Below, piece after piece: positions 1 to 9,751 of a DNA stretch of 64,000 bases. Every line of letters starts with the position of its first letter. Within the stretch, counting starts at the first letter, position 1. Origin of the DNA: an uncultured Candidatus Binatia bacterium (GTDB taxonomy: Bacteria; Desulfobacterota; Binatia; UBA9968; CAXXLF01); NCBI GenBank assembly GCA_965218425.1, contig OZ244621.1:2279369-2343368 (forward strand), read 5' to 3'. Both the position numbers and the translations under genes were made by a program. Under the pieces are notes generated by a model, which was not told where the DNA came from, searched no databases, and was given only the letters and a program-made list of their open reading frames with translations.

Positions 1-42
1 CATGACAAGTACGACGATCTCTACAAGAAGCTCGCGAAGTGA
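1..42 (+). CDS. 3' end of a putative Phd/YefM-like antitoxin gene (partial, runs off the window start)
   Basis: Frame 1 reads ...HDKYDDLYKKLAK* and stops at 40-42; ATGA overlap with the downstream doc start at 39, typical antitoxin-toxin coupling. Identity as antitoxin is by position only. Confidence 0.35.
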   Translation, partial: HDKYDDLYKKLAK

Positions 43-416
43 CGGACTACCTCACGCCGGTGGAAGTTCTCGCCATTCACGCGGATCAGATCGAGCGGTA
101 CGGGGGGTCGCCCGGCGTCCGGGACCCTGGTCTTTTGGAGGCGGCGCTCTATCGGCCGCAAACCGGCTACTACGCCGATCTCGTTGAGGAAGCCGCTGCG
201 CTGTGGGAGAGTCTGGCCCAAAACCATCCGTTCATCGACGGTAACAAGCGCACGGCCTTTGCCGCGACGTACACGTTTCTGGCGATCAACGGCGCACAAC
301 TCACGGTCGACGCCGGTGAGGCCTACGCCTTCATTTCCGGACTGTACGAAGCAGGAACGTTCCGCTTTGACAATTTGGAACCGTGGCTGCGGCGCAGCGT
401 CAAGGTTGGCGCGTAA
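39..416 (+). CDS. doc: Doc (death-on-curing) / Fic-family type II toxin
   Basis: 125 aa; HxFxDGNKR Fic/Doc motif (NHPFIDGNKRTAF); size and sequence typical of Doc toxins. Confidence 0.85.
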   Translation: MTDYLTPVEVLAIHADQIERYGGSPGVRDPGLLEAALYRPQTGYYADLVEEAAALWESLAQNHPFIDGNKRTAFAATYTFLAINGAQLTVDAGEAYAFISGLYEAGTFRFDNLEPWLRRSVKVGA

Positions 417-741
417 ACAAAACAAGACGGGCCGCACGTCTATACTTGACGCGTCGTCAAGCATTTCTATGTTTTATCAATATCTTCCATCTCTTCAAAG
501 GAACTCGTTTTGCAGGAAAACAAGCTAATATGCTGAAAATGCCTTTGAATGCCTTTTTCTTAGCTATACTAATCTACTTGTTCTTCTAATTGTTCTTACT
601 GATTCAATGATCCGGGTAAATCTGCGGTTAAGGCTCTTTACGCCTTTAGTGTCTCGGCGCGAAAAACTTTGTGGACCGGTGTTGTTGAGGATTCCATGGG
701 TTAAGATCCAACAGGTCAGGGGAGCAGTGAATTTTTCCGGT

Positions 742-1785
742 TTATTTCTTGGCAGTGAAGATCAGGGTCTTCGGGTAATGGTCCACCCAACCGAACCAGA
801 AGGAGGGGGTGACAGGTACGGCCTCCAACCTTTGACCTTTCATTTGACCCTGAACGGCCTTTCCCGTTAGCCCATTCCACACGGAGCCGGTTGTGTCGTC
901 GGTAAGAAAGGTGCCTTTGTAGTTTTCCGGCTGCGTCTTCTTGAATGTAAGAACCCGGTCTTTCACCTGGCGTTTAAACACCATCCCCGTCGCGCTGTCC
1001 TTTTCGAAGACCGCAAGAATTGGGATCCCTTGGAATACGTCATTGACCACCGGCTGCTTGCTCAGGACGGAATAGGGGTAAGCCTTCGCTTTTCCATCGA
1101 TCACTAATCCAAGTACGTATTCTTTGGGATAGACCCTCTTATCAGACAAGCGAGTGGGAATAATCCCCGTGTCTGCGGAACTATAGTATGATTCGTAAGG
1201 GTCCCGTCCCAAGCTGAGGGGAAAAGGCCGTCCACTGGTTAAAACCTTGGAGTCCGGGTAGAGTCCCATCCAGGTCCCCCAACGAGTAAACGTGGATTCC
1301 ATGGGTTTGAGCTTGTTCCCGTCCATTGGGCCTTTGACCGCCGCTCCCACCAGGTGGCTCCAGAGGCTGTCCGTTTGGTGGTCGTACATTATCAGAGAAT
1401 TGGCATGGAGTTTCCCTGAGACCCCAAAGGTCAACTCCTTGTCTGCGATTCTACGGTCATACACGATGGCCGTATAACAGAGGGGTCACCAGGTGACCGC
1501 GATGGGTATGCCGCCAACTTTGTCGTTGACGATTTCAACCCGGCTCAGTGTGGCTACGGGGTAGGCGCGACTGTCCCCATTGATTTCCACACCGATGACG
1601 GATTCGTCCGCCTTGAGCCATTGGGCACTTTTGCCGTCCTGGAACTCGGGGGAGAGGATGGCCGCAATGGCATCCTTGGCCAGGACGGTAATAATCTCAT
1701 TCGGACGAAGGTCTGCCGCATGAGAATGATTTGGCAGGAATAGTAAGACCAACAGGATCAGCCATAGGGGAAGACAGTATTTCAA
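742..1785 (-). CDS. DUF3179-family secreted protein with in-frame TGA (candidate selenocysteine, W-U-P-L-C; alternatively a pseudogene)
   Basis: Two adjacent minus-strand ORFs (1486..1908 and 742..1464) are in the SAME frame separated only by TGA at 1483-1485 (...IAVTW-TGA-PLCYTAIVYDRR...). N-terminus has a signal peptide from a TTG start at 1785 (MKYCLPLWLILLVLLFLPNHSHA). An ATG at 1908 is an alternative start. Confidence 0.55.
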
Positions 1786-1798
1786 TGGGCCCTCTTGT

Positions 1799-2644
1799 TT
1801 AGCTCTGGATAGGTTTGGAAGCGGACCGGGCGAGGTGCAGGAGCTCCTGGATGGGTCTCTTGGAAACCAGAAGGCAGATTCGTTCTCCCATGCGGTGCAT
1901 GACCCCATTTATCCCATCGTTGGAGAAAGTATAAAAACTGACCTTTCTCTCCGGATCAAAGAGCCTGCGGGCTTGTGGTGGAGCGTCTTGTTCCGTGCCG
2001 AGAAAGGTAAAACAACTGACAGAAGGACCGGTGCCCTCGTACACGGCAATGAGGATATCGCGATTGCCGACTTCTTTGACCGTGCCGCCGACGGCCTTTA
2101 ATCCCGCGGAGGATAGATCATAACCCATTGGCGCGAATTTGCCCTCCATGGCCTGGTGCAATTGGTTTTTAATTGCTGATGGGCTTTCGGCTCGGACAAA
2201 GGAAAGGTCGCCTGAAGCAATCTGTGCATGCGCCTCTATGGCTGCCAGAGGCATAGGCTGACCGGTCGGCCAGGTCAGGTAAAATAAAGGGACGAGCAGT
2301 AAAATCAGTGCGGCCGATGCAAAGGCGGGGCGGGTGATGAAATTGGGTGTCCGGGAGAACCCTTTACAACCTTGGGTTGGTTCGGTGGCCTGAGGTGAGA
2401 TATGGTGATCCGCGAGGATCTTTGCTCTGAGATCGGAGGGGGCGGACACTTTGGCGCCGATGGAAAAGAGCTGTTTTTTGAGCTCCTTTTCCTGCTCAAA
2501 TACGGTTTGACAGTTCACGCAATTTTTTAGATGGCTCTCTATGGCCTGTCGCTCGAGGTCATTTAGTTCGCTATCCGCTAGAGCGGTTATAAGCTCCTCG
2601 GCCTCTTTACAAGTCATTTCCGTTACTTTCCTTCCTCCATGCAC
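1799..2644 (-). CDS. anti-sigma factor (zinc-finger HxxxCxxC N-terminal domain, one TM segment, periplasmic C-terminal domain)
   Basis: N-terminal ...MTCKEAEELITALADSELNDLERQAIESHLKNCVNCQ (putative zinc-finger anti-sigma motif), central hydrophobic segment. Likely true start at the internal Met near 2617. Confidence 0.6.
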   Translation of the reverse strand: MHGGRKVTEMTCKEAEELITALADSELNDLERQAIESHLKNCVNCQTVFEQEKELKKQLFSIGAKVSAPSDLRAKILADHHISPQATEPTQGCKGFSRTPNFITRPAFASAALILLLVPLFYLTWPTGQPMPLAAIEAHAQIASGDLSFVRAESPSAIKNQLHQAMEGKFAPMGYDLSSAGLKAVGGTVKEVGNRDILIAVYEGTGPSVSCFTFLGTEQDAPPQARRLFDPERKVSFYTFSNDGINGVMHRMGERICLLVSKRPIQELLHLARSASKPIQS

Positions 2645-2834
2645 AATAGCTATAACCTATACAACGTCGTTCCTACCCCAGGAGTTCCCGAAATATTACC
2701 CCTTTACGGCGGCAAATCGATATCATAGCTCTTGGATGATCCGGGTGATTGTGGTAAGGGGTCTCTTCGTTCCGTGTCTTGTCCTAGAAAATATTCTGCA
2801 CGGAGTCTTGCACGATGACAAGGGGAGAAAGTTT

Positions 2835-4205
2835 ATGACCACGAAATACGATGCCATCGTTATCGGTACAGGCCAGTCGGGCCCTTCCCTGGCCGCGCGG
2901 ATGGCGGGTGAAGGAATGAAAGTTGCCATCATTGAACGCAAGTCGTTTGGTGGCACCTGCGTTAATACCGGTTGAATACCCACCAAGACCCTGGTGGCCA
3001 GTGCCCATGCCGCTCACATTGCAAGGCGTGGGGCTGAATACGGGGTGATGATCGGCGGGCCGGTCACCGTGGATATGAAAAAGGTCAAGGAGCGTAAGGA
3101 CAAGGCGGTGCAGCGGTCCAATCAGGGAGTGGGCAATTGGGTCAAGAACCTGAAGAACGCTAAGGTTTACGAAGACCACGGGCGGTTCGAGGGACCCCAC
3201 GCGGTGCGTGTGGGAGGGGAGCTCATAGAGGCGGATAAGATTTTCATCAATGTCGGCGCGCGCGCGTCGGTAATGGACCTCCCTGGGGTAAATTACTTCA
3301 CCAATTCGAGCATCATGGAGGTGGATTTTCTCCCAAAGCACCTGATCGTGGTCGGCGGAAGCTACATCGGCCTGGAGTTTGGTCAGATGTACAGACGCTT
3401 CGGCAGCGAAGTGACCATCGTGGACCGTGGGCCTCGGTTGACCCAGCAGGATGATGAGGACACTTCCCTGGCGATCAAGGAGATTTTGGAAGCGGAGGGG
3501 GTGAACGTTCGGCTCGAAGCTGAATGTATTTCTGCTGCGCAAAAGGGCGATCAGATCACCGTCAATTTGGACTGCAAAACCGGAGGTAAGGAGGTAACGG
3601 GTACCCACCTGCTGCTCGCCATCGGACGGCGTCCCAACACGGACGACCTGGGCATAGATAAAGCAGGCCTCGAAGTGGATCGGCGGGGGTACATCAAGGT
3701 GGACGATCGGCTTCAGACCAACGTGCCTGGAGTTTGGGCCATTGGGGACTGCAATGGCAAGGGAGCCTTCACCCACACCTCGTATAACGACTATGAAATT
3801 GTTGCGGCCAATCTGTTCGACGACGACCCACGCCGGGTCAGCGACCGAATTTTAACCTATGGGATGTTTATCGATCCGCCCCTCGGACGCGCGGGAATGA
3901 TCGAAGATGCAGTGAAAAAATCAGGCCGCAAAGCGTTGATAGCAAAGAGGCCCATGACTCGTGTGGCGCGCGCCGTGGAGAAAGGCGAGACACAGGGATT
4001 TATGAAGATCTTGGTGGATGCCGAAACCAAAGAGATCCTCGGGGCCGCCGTCCTTGGTGTTGGTGGCGATGAAATCATTCATTCCATCCTGGATGTGATG
4101 TACGCCAAGGCGCCCTGCACGGTTATTCAGCGGGCTGTCCACGCCCACCCAACGGTGTCGGAGCTGATACCCACCATGCTGGGGGACCTGAAGCCGCTGG
4201 AGTGA
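2835..4205 (+). CDS. FAD/NAD(P)-dependent pyridine nucleotide-disulfide oxidoreductase (mercuric reductase / RclA-like class I) with selenocysteine at the redox-active site (GGTCVNTG-U-IPTK)
   Basis: ATG 2835 preceded by AGGGGAG RBS. GxGxxG FAD motif (VIGTGQSG). In-frame TGA at 2973-2975 sits exactly where the second Cys of the conserved CVNxGCIPSK disulfide motif is expected, and the frame continues uninterrupted to 4205 with a second Rossmann motif and the C-terminal HAHPTxSE dimerisation signature. A 7-bp hairpin lies at 2979-2998, just 3' of the TGA. Confidence 0.8.
2979..2998 (+). promoter_or_regulatory. hairpin immediately 3' of the Sec-TGA of the oxidoreductase (candidate bacterial SECIS core)
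   Basis: CCCACCA-AGACCC-TGGTGGG-like 7-bp stem / 6-nt loop at 2979-2998. Confidence 0.4.
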
Positions 4206-4359
4206 TGTGTCCTTCGCTTGGGCAAATGAGCATCAGGGCAAGCCCATCAATTATGAACGGCTAATCTGGACCCTTCCGCGGCTGGTACAGTGCTTGTACG
4301 TGTTTCGACCAGTTCGCAAGATGGATGATGCATGCCCCGGGCTGAGACCCGGGAAGTCT

Positions 4360-4950
4360 TCATTCTCGCTTTTTCCCGCCTTGTTTAACCTCTTCCACCA
4401 TGTAGCATCGTAGGTATTGGTGAAGGTATTTTCTACCCCGGGAAAGTCTGGAGCGAATGGTTCCCAAGGGGCATGAGAGCACCTCCGAGGCCTCTGCATA
4501 TGAAAGCTCTCCCATGTCCACCAGTACAATGGGCGCTCTAAATTCTTCAGGGATTTTGGTCAGGGCCTCATTGACCTTGACGCTCAATTCTTTAGTGTAG
4601 ACATTGTCTTCCGGCCCTGGCTCCGGTCCCGGAAGCGTCTCCCAATAATCTAAGCCCTCTTCGTCCCAGAGACCCCGTCCTTCCACGGCCGCCCATCTTC
4701 TCTTCCTGTGGTGGTGATCGAGAAAAAAGTTATAGAGGATCCGACTCAGCCACGCCTTCAGGTTGGTTCCAGGGGTGAACTGTTCGAATGAATCAAGGGC
4801 ACGTAGATAGGCTTCTTGGACAAGGTCTTGAGCTTCCTGAGGGTCCCTCGATAGGTGTAGGGCAACTCGATAAAGGTGATCGAGGTGTTGCAGCGCCTCT
4901 TGGGCGAAGCGCTCTCTCCCGGCTTTGGTGTTTTTGCCCCTCCGTATCAC
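4360..4950 (-). CDS. ECF (RpoE-like) sigma-70 family sigma factor
   Basis: 196 aa; region 2 (YLRALDSFEQF...AWLSRILYNFFLDHHHRKRR) and region 4 HTH (ELSYAEASEVLSCPLGTIRSRLSRGR). Confidence 0.85.
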   Translation of the reverse strand: MIRRGKNTKAGRERFAQEALQHLDHLYRVALHLSRDPQEAQDLVQEAYLRALDSFEQFTPGTNLKAWLSRILYNFFLDHHHRKRRWAAVEGRGLWDEEGLDYWETLPGPEPGPEDNVYTKELSVKVNEALTKIPEEFRAPIVLVDMGELSYAEASEVLSCPLGTIRSRLSRGRKYLHQYLRCYMVEEVKQGGKKRE

Positions 4951-5310
4951 GCGGCCATTCTAGCTGAGGGGATGGCCCGTGTCTACTTACTTAAATAGTG
5001 GTTCAGGTTTCGAGTCCACCACACCCGTGGGCCGATTCCCTCTGGGGAAGAGTTCCCACGGGCTCTACGACGTGGTGGGAAACACCTTTAGAGTGGACCT
5101 CCACGCCCGGAGAATAGTTTTGAAGGGATGTTCCTGGGATGATTTACCCGGCGCCTGTGGGGCGGCGCAAAAAACCGGAGGCGGCGGGAAGTGGGTTTAT
5201 CCGGGTTGAAGTGGGTTGATGCGGGCTGACGGAACGAAGATGTTGATTTTGACTTGCCGCGAGATTGCTGATATTACCGAAATCAATCTGGTCGTATCGA
5301 AGAGGCGTCT

Positions 5311-6273
5311 ATGCAGAGCTTCGCTGAGAAAATAAGACAAAGCGGCGACAGCTTCCTCAAGCGCAAGGTGGAAACCCTGCAGGTTAACATGGGGAAGTAC
5401 TGCAACCAGGCATGCCTGCACTGTCACGTGGAGGCGGGACCCACCCGGAAGGAAATCATGACTCTGGAAACGGTAGAGTCGGTGCTCCGTTTCCTCGAGA
5501 AGTCCGATGTGCCCACAGTGGACATCACGGGGGGCGCGCCGGAGCTCAACCCGCATTTCGACTACCTCGTGGAGCGCAGCGTCCAGCTTGGCCGCCACGT
5601 GATGGACCGATGCAATCTCACCGTCATCTTTGAACAGGGGAAGGAGTATCTCCCGGACTTCTTTCAAAAAAACCGGGTGGAGCTGATCTGCTCTCTTCCC
5701 TGCTACACAGAGGGGAACGTAGACCAACAGAGGGGCAAAGGGACCTTCAATCTGAGTATCCGGGCGCTGCGGCTTCTGAACGGCCTGGGATATGGAGTCG
5801 AAGGCACGGGTCTGGAGCTGCAATTGGTCTATAACCCGGTGGGGGCTTACCTTCCGTCGCCCCAGGAACGATTGGAACAGGACTATAAGACTATCCTCAA
5901 GGAAGAATACGGCATCGTTTTTAACCATCTCTACTGTCTTACCAATGTGCCCATCACTCGATTTGAGACCTTTCTGAAGGTGCGAAACGAGTATGACCGG
6001 TATATGGAGCTGATCCAGTCCGCGTTCAACCCGGATACCGTGGACAAGGTCATGTGCAGAAACATCTTGAGCGTAGGATGGGAGGGGTCCGTTTACGACT
6101 GTGACTTCAATCAGATGCTGGAGCTGCCGGTCTCGAACCGACAGGGTAAGCCGCTAAAGATCCAGGACCTCCATGCCGATGGCCTGGAAAATCAATCAAT
6201 CGTGGTCGGAAATCACTGCTACGCCTGTACGGCGGGAGCCGGGAGTAGCTGCGGCGGTTCATTAATAGCGTAA
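5311..6273 (+). CDS. arsS: arsenosugar-biosynthesis radical SAM (seleno)protein ArsS family, Cys form
   Basis: CNQACLHCHVEAGP radical-SAM cluster motif, DITGGAPELNP, CDFNQMLEL, and the family-specific C-terminal HCYACTAGAGSSCGG tail. No in-frame TGA here. Confidence 0.8.
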   Translation: MQSFAEKIRQSGDSFLKRKVETLQVNMGKYCNQACLHCHVEAGPTRKEIMTLETVESVLRFLEKSDVPTVDITGGAPELNPHFDYLVERSVQLGRHVMDRCNLTVIFEQGKEYLPDFFQKNRVELICSLPCYTEGNVDQQRGKGTFNLSIRALRLLNGLGYGVEGTGLELQLVYNPVGAYLPSPQERLEQDYKTILKEEYGIVFNHLYCLTNVPITRFETFLKVRNEYDRYMELIQSAFNPDTVDKVMCRNILSVGWEGSVYDCDFNQMLELPVSNRQGKPLKIQDLHADGLENQSIVVGNHCYACTAGAGSSCGGSLIA

Positions 6274-6275
6274 CC

Positions 6276-6345
6276 GCCGCTTTGCGCTGATGGTAAAACG
6301 CAAAGCGCATGGCGCTATACGCAAAGCGTCTTTTCAGTGACGGGT
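6276..6345 (+). terminator. hairpin-rich putative terminator / repeat element downstream of arsS
   Basis: CCGCTTTGCGC...GCGCAAAGCG inverted repeats (two nested stem-loops) followed by TCTTTTC. Confidence 0.4.
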
Positions 6346-6652
6346 TACGAGTACCGAGTGGAAATTGAGGGTGGGTCAAGGGTGTAGTGAAGTCCGCACT
6401 GTCAACCCTCCACTCCCTAACCTGACCCTTAAACACTTTCCACCGGCTACACCGTTTTCTGCTTACTGCGATCTTCATACGGTTTTCTTTGGCGTCTTGG
6501 CGCGAAAAACTCTTTTGAATTCGTTCTTTTAAAGAATTGATGGGTAGAATTCTAACGGCAAGGCGGGGCCGTGCAGGTCAGGCAGTGAGATTGAGGCGCC
6601 TAGACCCGGCCCCCCACAGGACCCGCAATTCGTTTGGGTTTTGCTCAGCTAG

Positions 6653-6847
6653 ATGGTAAATTACCCCATGGCTGATACATTCCTAAAGCGCAAGAAGGAG
6701 CAGGATCGGCAGAAAAAAAAGAGGGAAAAAGAGGCCATGCGACAGGACCGTAAAGCGGAAAAAGCGAATCGTAGGCCCCTGACTCCAGGCGAAGACCCTG
6801 ACATCGCGGGGATCAAGCCCGGCCCTCAACCGCCGATCGACTGGTAA
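6653..6847 (+). CDS. small highly basic hypothetical protein (64 aa, Lys/Arg/Glu-rich)
   Basis: ORF only; composition resembles small nucleic-acid-binding proteins; no recognisable family. Confidence 0.25.
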   Translation: MVNYPMADTFLKRKKEQDRQKKKREKEAMRQDRKAEKANRRPLTPGEDPDIAGIKPGPQPPIDW

Positions 6848-7012
6848 TCCGCCCCTTCACGAGCAACCTGACGTCCTTCCGCATTCACCCCTTGGACCAG
6901 AGGCCAAGTGCCGTCCTCTTTCAGCCTTATGAAAGACTTTTGCATGTCTCCGAACCCGGCGTTCTTTACCGCTCTCTGCCGGCAATCGTTGATCCGAATC
7001 GCTAAACGCGAA

Positions 7013-8317
7013 TCAGGCGCTATCCTCTGCTTTACTCTGCTTCCGATCCGACTCCAGTGACGCCAGCGCCTCCTTTACCAGCTTGCGCCGTAATTCTTTC
7101 TCTTCCTCGCCCGTCAGGTTTGCCGCGCCGGTGACGTGGACTATGCCGTTGCCCAAAACGACGCGGTTGGAACCGACCATCTTTGCAATGGGCATGGCCG
7201 AGGTAATCTGGACCACCGGGATGCCCGCCTTTTCCAGCTCGGTTGATATCGCAGCTCCGCTGCGAGTGCTCGTTCCTCAGGTGGAGGTGAGGATGACGGC
7301 GTCGACCTCCTCCCGCTTCACTTTTTCGGCCATCTCCCTGCCCAGGCGCCGCGTGTTCGAGAGCGGGTTCGATAGACCAGATGTGGAGATGAACTCGTGG
7401 TGGAGTTTTCCGATCCTGCCGCTTCTTTCCATCTCGCGCATGGCGTCGAGGGGCACGAGACGGTCCGGATCCTGTTGAACGAATCTCGGATCATAGCCGC
7501 CGTGAGAGATCTCGTAGTCCTCCCCCCTGAGATCATCCCGGCCGTCGATGCTATAGGAGCCCCACCGGGTGGCGGCTTGTCCTTCGATTTTGTCCGGGTT
7601 GCCCTTCGGAACGAGGCCGCCGTCGGTGATGAGCATGACCTTGGCCTTCGAAAGATCCCCCACGGCGGAGGGCATGGGAACCGGTTTAAAGGAAGTCGGC
7701 AACATCTCAGACTCGAAGGGCTCTCCTTTCACTTTCGTCAGGAGCATATCAACGAGCCGGACGGCGGCCGTCCGATCCGCCAGTTGATCGCGCAGGATAC
7801 CCCGGGAAAGGTAGCCTTCCTCTGCGGGCAGCCCGATGGACTTACCGTGGACGAGCTTTCCTCCCAGACGCGCCATTTTGGTTAGGACTTGCCGCATCTT
7901 GGCGGGGCTCGCACCCGAATTCACGATATAGAGCGCTTCCCGGTTGAGATCCGCCCCCGGGTTCTCGCTGCCCATCCCGGTAACGACGGGAATCCCCAGG
8001 TTGGACTGAACGGCGGCGCAGAGGGACCCCGCCGCCATCCCATATCGACCCGCTTCGAAGCAAGGACCGGCAACGAACAGCTCTGCACCCGCCTCCCGGA
8101 CCTTTGCCAGCACCGCGGCCGTCAACTCCTCCTGGTGTTCCACGGCATGGTTGTCTCCGGAAATGAGGGTCATAACCACACGTGAGCCATCGCCCAGCAG
8201 TTGTTCCAACAGCCTCCCCGGTCCTACGGCCCCCTCACGCGCCTCAAGGGGCATGCCCGCCTGCTCCTCTCCCCCGACTCCGCCGAAAAACTGATTCAAA
8301 TAGTGTACGATTCGCAT
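7013..8317 (-). CDS. grdB: glycine/sarcosine/betaine reductase component B selenoprotein (GrdB family) with in-frame Sec codon
   Basis: N-terminus MRIVHYLNQFFGGVGGEE...GPCFEAGRYG...GIPVVTGM matches GrdB. ORF 7277..8317 ends in TGA (7277-7279) in context EEVDAVILTST-U-GTSTRSGA, and the 67-aa ORF 7013..7216 is its in-frame continuation (...IPVVQITSAMPIA...EEEKELRRKLVKEAL). Confidence 0.85.
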
Positions 8318-8350
8318 TTTTTGACCCTCCTCACCGGATTCGCGACTGGA

Positions 8351-9631
8351 TCAAGTGACCAAAGCCCGCATTCTCGAGGCTCCCTGTTGATTGGTGACGC
8401 CGGCAACGTTCGCAGCGGCGACCTTCGTCGGTCCGGCCAACACCCTCCTCAACTCCGGGGTCGCGGCGATGATCCGATCCACCGGTGCCAACGTGTAATT
8501 CGTTCCGTTTCCGCCGTTGTATACGATGGCATTCACCTCCGGAAAGTTGAAGAGCAGAGCCGACTCGACCCGCCTGTCCCTTGCCATGTCCGAGACCATG
8601 ACAGTGGTTTTTATGCCCATACCTTCCAGGAGCCGAGCGGTCTCCGCCAAGTCGGCATGGGGAACACCGCCGCCGTACTTGGTTAGAATGACGGCGTCCG
8701 CTTTCAACGCCCACCTGACCAGATTCGCAGCCGTCCGACAGTTTCGGTCGCGGTCGAAGTTGTCGGAACCGGCAACGGTCGCCACCGTGCCCACGAAGTT
8801 GAGATGCCGCGCATGGTGGCGACCGTAGAGCTCCAGGATCACGGGGTGATTTTGATAGAAGTAGGTTTCCGCGCCGCCGATGGAAGAATGGTACGATGGG
8901 ACGACGGCGCCGTCCAGCCACTCGTCGGGATGAAGCGGGATGGGCAGCATCCCTTCCGTGTTGGCGCCATAGAGAATGGGCTCGTCCACGCCGGGCTTTC
9001 GCTGGCGCGAGAAGATCTGGCCTACATATGCGACCCGGGGAAGCCCCTCGCGTCCCGCCTCCGCGGGACCCGCCGGGTCGAATTGACGGGTGGATGCCGC
9101 AGGCTGACTCGCCGCAATGCGGGCCATATGAACCGAGAGCCTGAGACCGGCCCGACGATACGCTTTTCCGATGCTTTGAGCGGGCAACTCCGAACGCGTA
9201 CGGGGAATCGCCACCAGGTGGTGCAACGAGGAGTAATTGCTGCCTTCAGCGGCTGCCCCGCTCATCTCCAATACCCGGCCCGTCACGCCCCTGGACTCTC
9301 CCGGAGACCTCTCCGCCAGAACGGTGACGACGGCTCCTTCGAGCACATGGGTCGTCCCCATGCCCGCCGTTTCCGGCGCACCCAGGATGCCCGGGAAATC
9401 AGGGCTTGAGCCCTCTCCTTTAGCTCTGGGCTCGATGATGTCGAAGACGGGCGCGGCCCGACAACTCTCGCCGGGGCGCACGATTTGGAAATCCACGCCG
9501 GTAAGGGCATCGTCTTCAAGAACCAACCGGCGCAGTTCCTCCGGATCGACGACGAGGACCGAGCCGTCGAGACGGGCCGGTGTTTCCAAGCGGATCTCCG
9601 TGATGGGGTGACATGCCAGGGTCAAACGCAT
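8351..9631 (-). CDS. grdE: glycine reductase component B alpha/beta proprotein (GrdE family)
   Basis: MRLTLACHPITEIRLE...IVRPGESCRAAPVFDIIEPR... matches GrdE N-terminus; ~425 aa; internal N-C pair (DRDRNCR) as possible pyruvoyl-forming self-cleavage site. Confidence 0.75.
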   Translation of the reverse strand: MRLTLACHPITEIRLETPARLDGSVLVVDPEELRRLVLEDDALTGVDFQIVRPGESCRAAPVFDIIEPRAKGEGSSPDFPGILGAPETAGMGTTHVLEGAVVTVLAERSPGESRGVTGRVLEMSGAAAEGSNYSSLHHLVAIPRTRSELPAQSIGKAYRRAGLRLSVHMARIAASQPAASTRQFDPAGPAEAGREGLPRVAYVGQIFSRQRKPGVDEPILYGANTEGMLPIPLHPDEWLDGAVVPSYHSSIGGAETYFYQNHPVILELYGRHHARHLNFVGTVATVAGSDNFDRDRNCRTAANLVRWALKADAVILTKYGGGVPHADLAETARLLEGMGIKTTVMVSDMARDRRVESALLFNFPEVNAIVYNGGNGTNYTLAPVDRIIAATPELRRVLAGPTKVAAANVAGVTNQQGASRMRALVT

Positions 9632-9751
9632 TTTTCTTTCCTCTCGTGAAGACCCGGCAAGGGACCGGGAGTCCTCCAGGAGCGAGCGCAATCTCAGACC
9701 GGCTACTGCTCTGCTTATACCTCAAAGCAAGCTTGCCGCCAAGGGTTCAGC

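Noticed and set aside
5197-5928. 243-aa minus-strand ORF overlapping arsS
   Set aside because: Antisense to the well-supported ArsS radical-SAM gene; no motifs.
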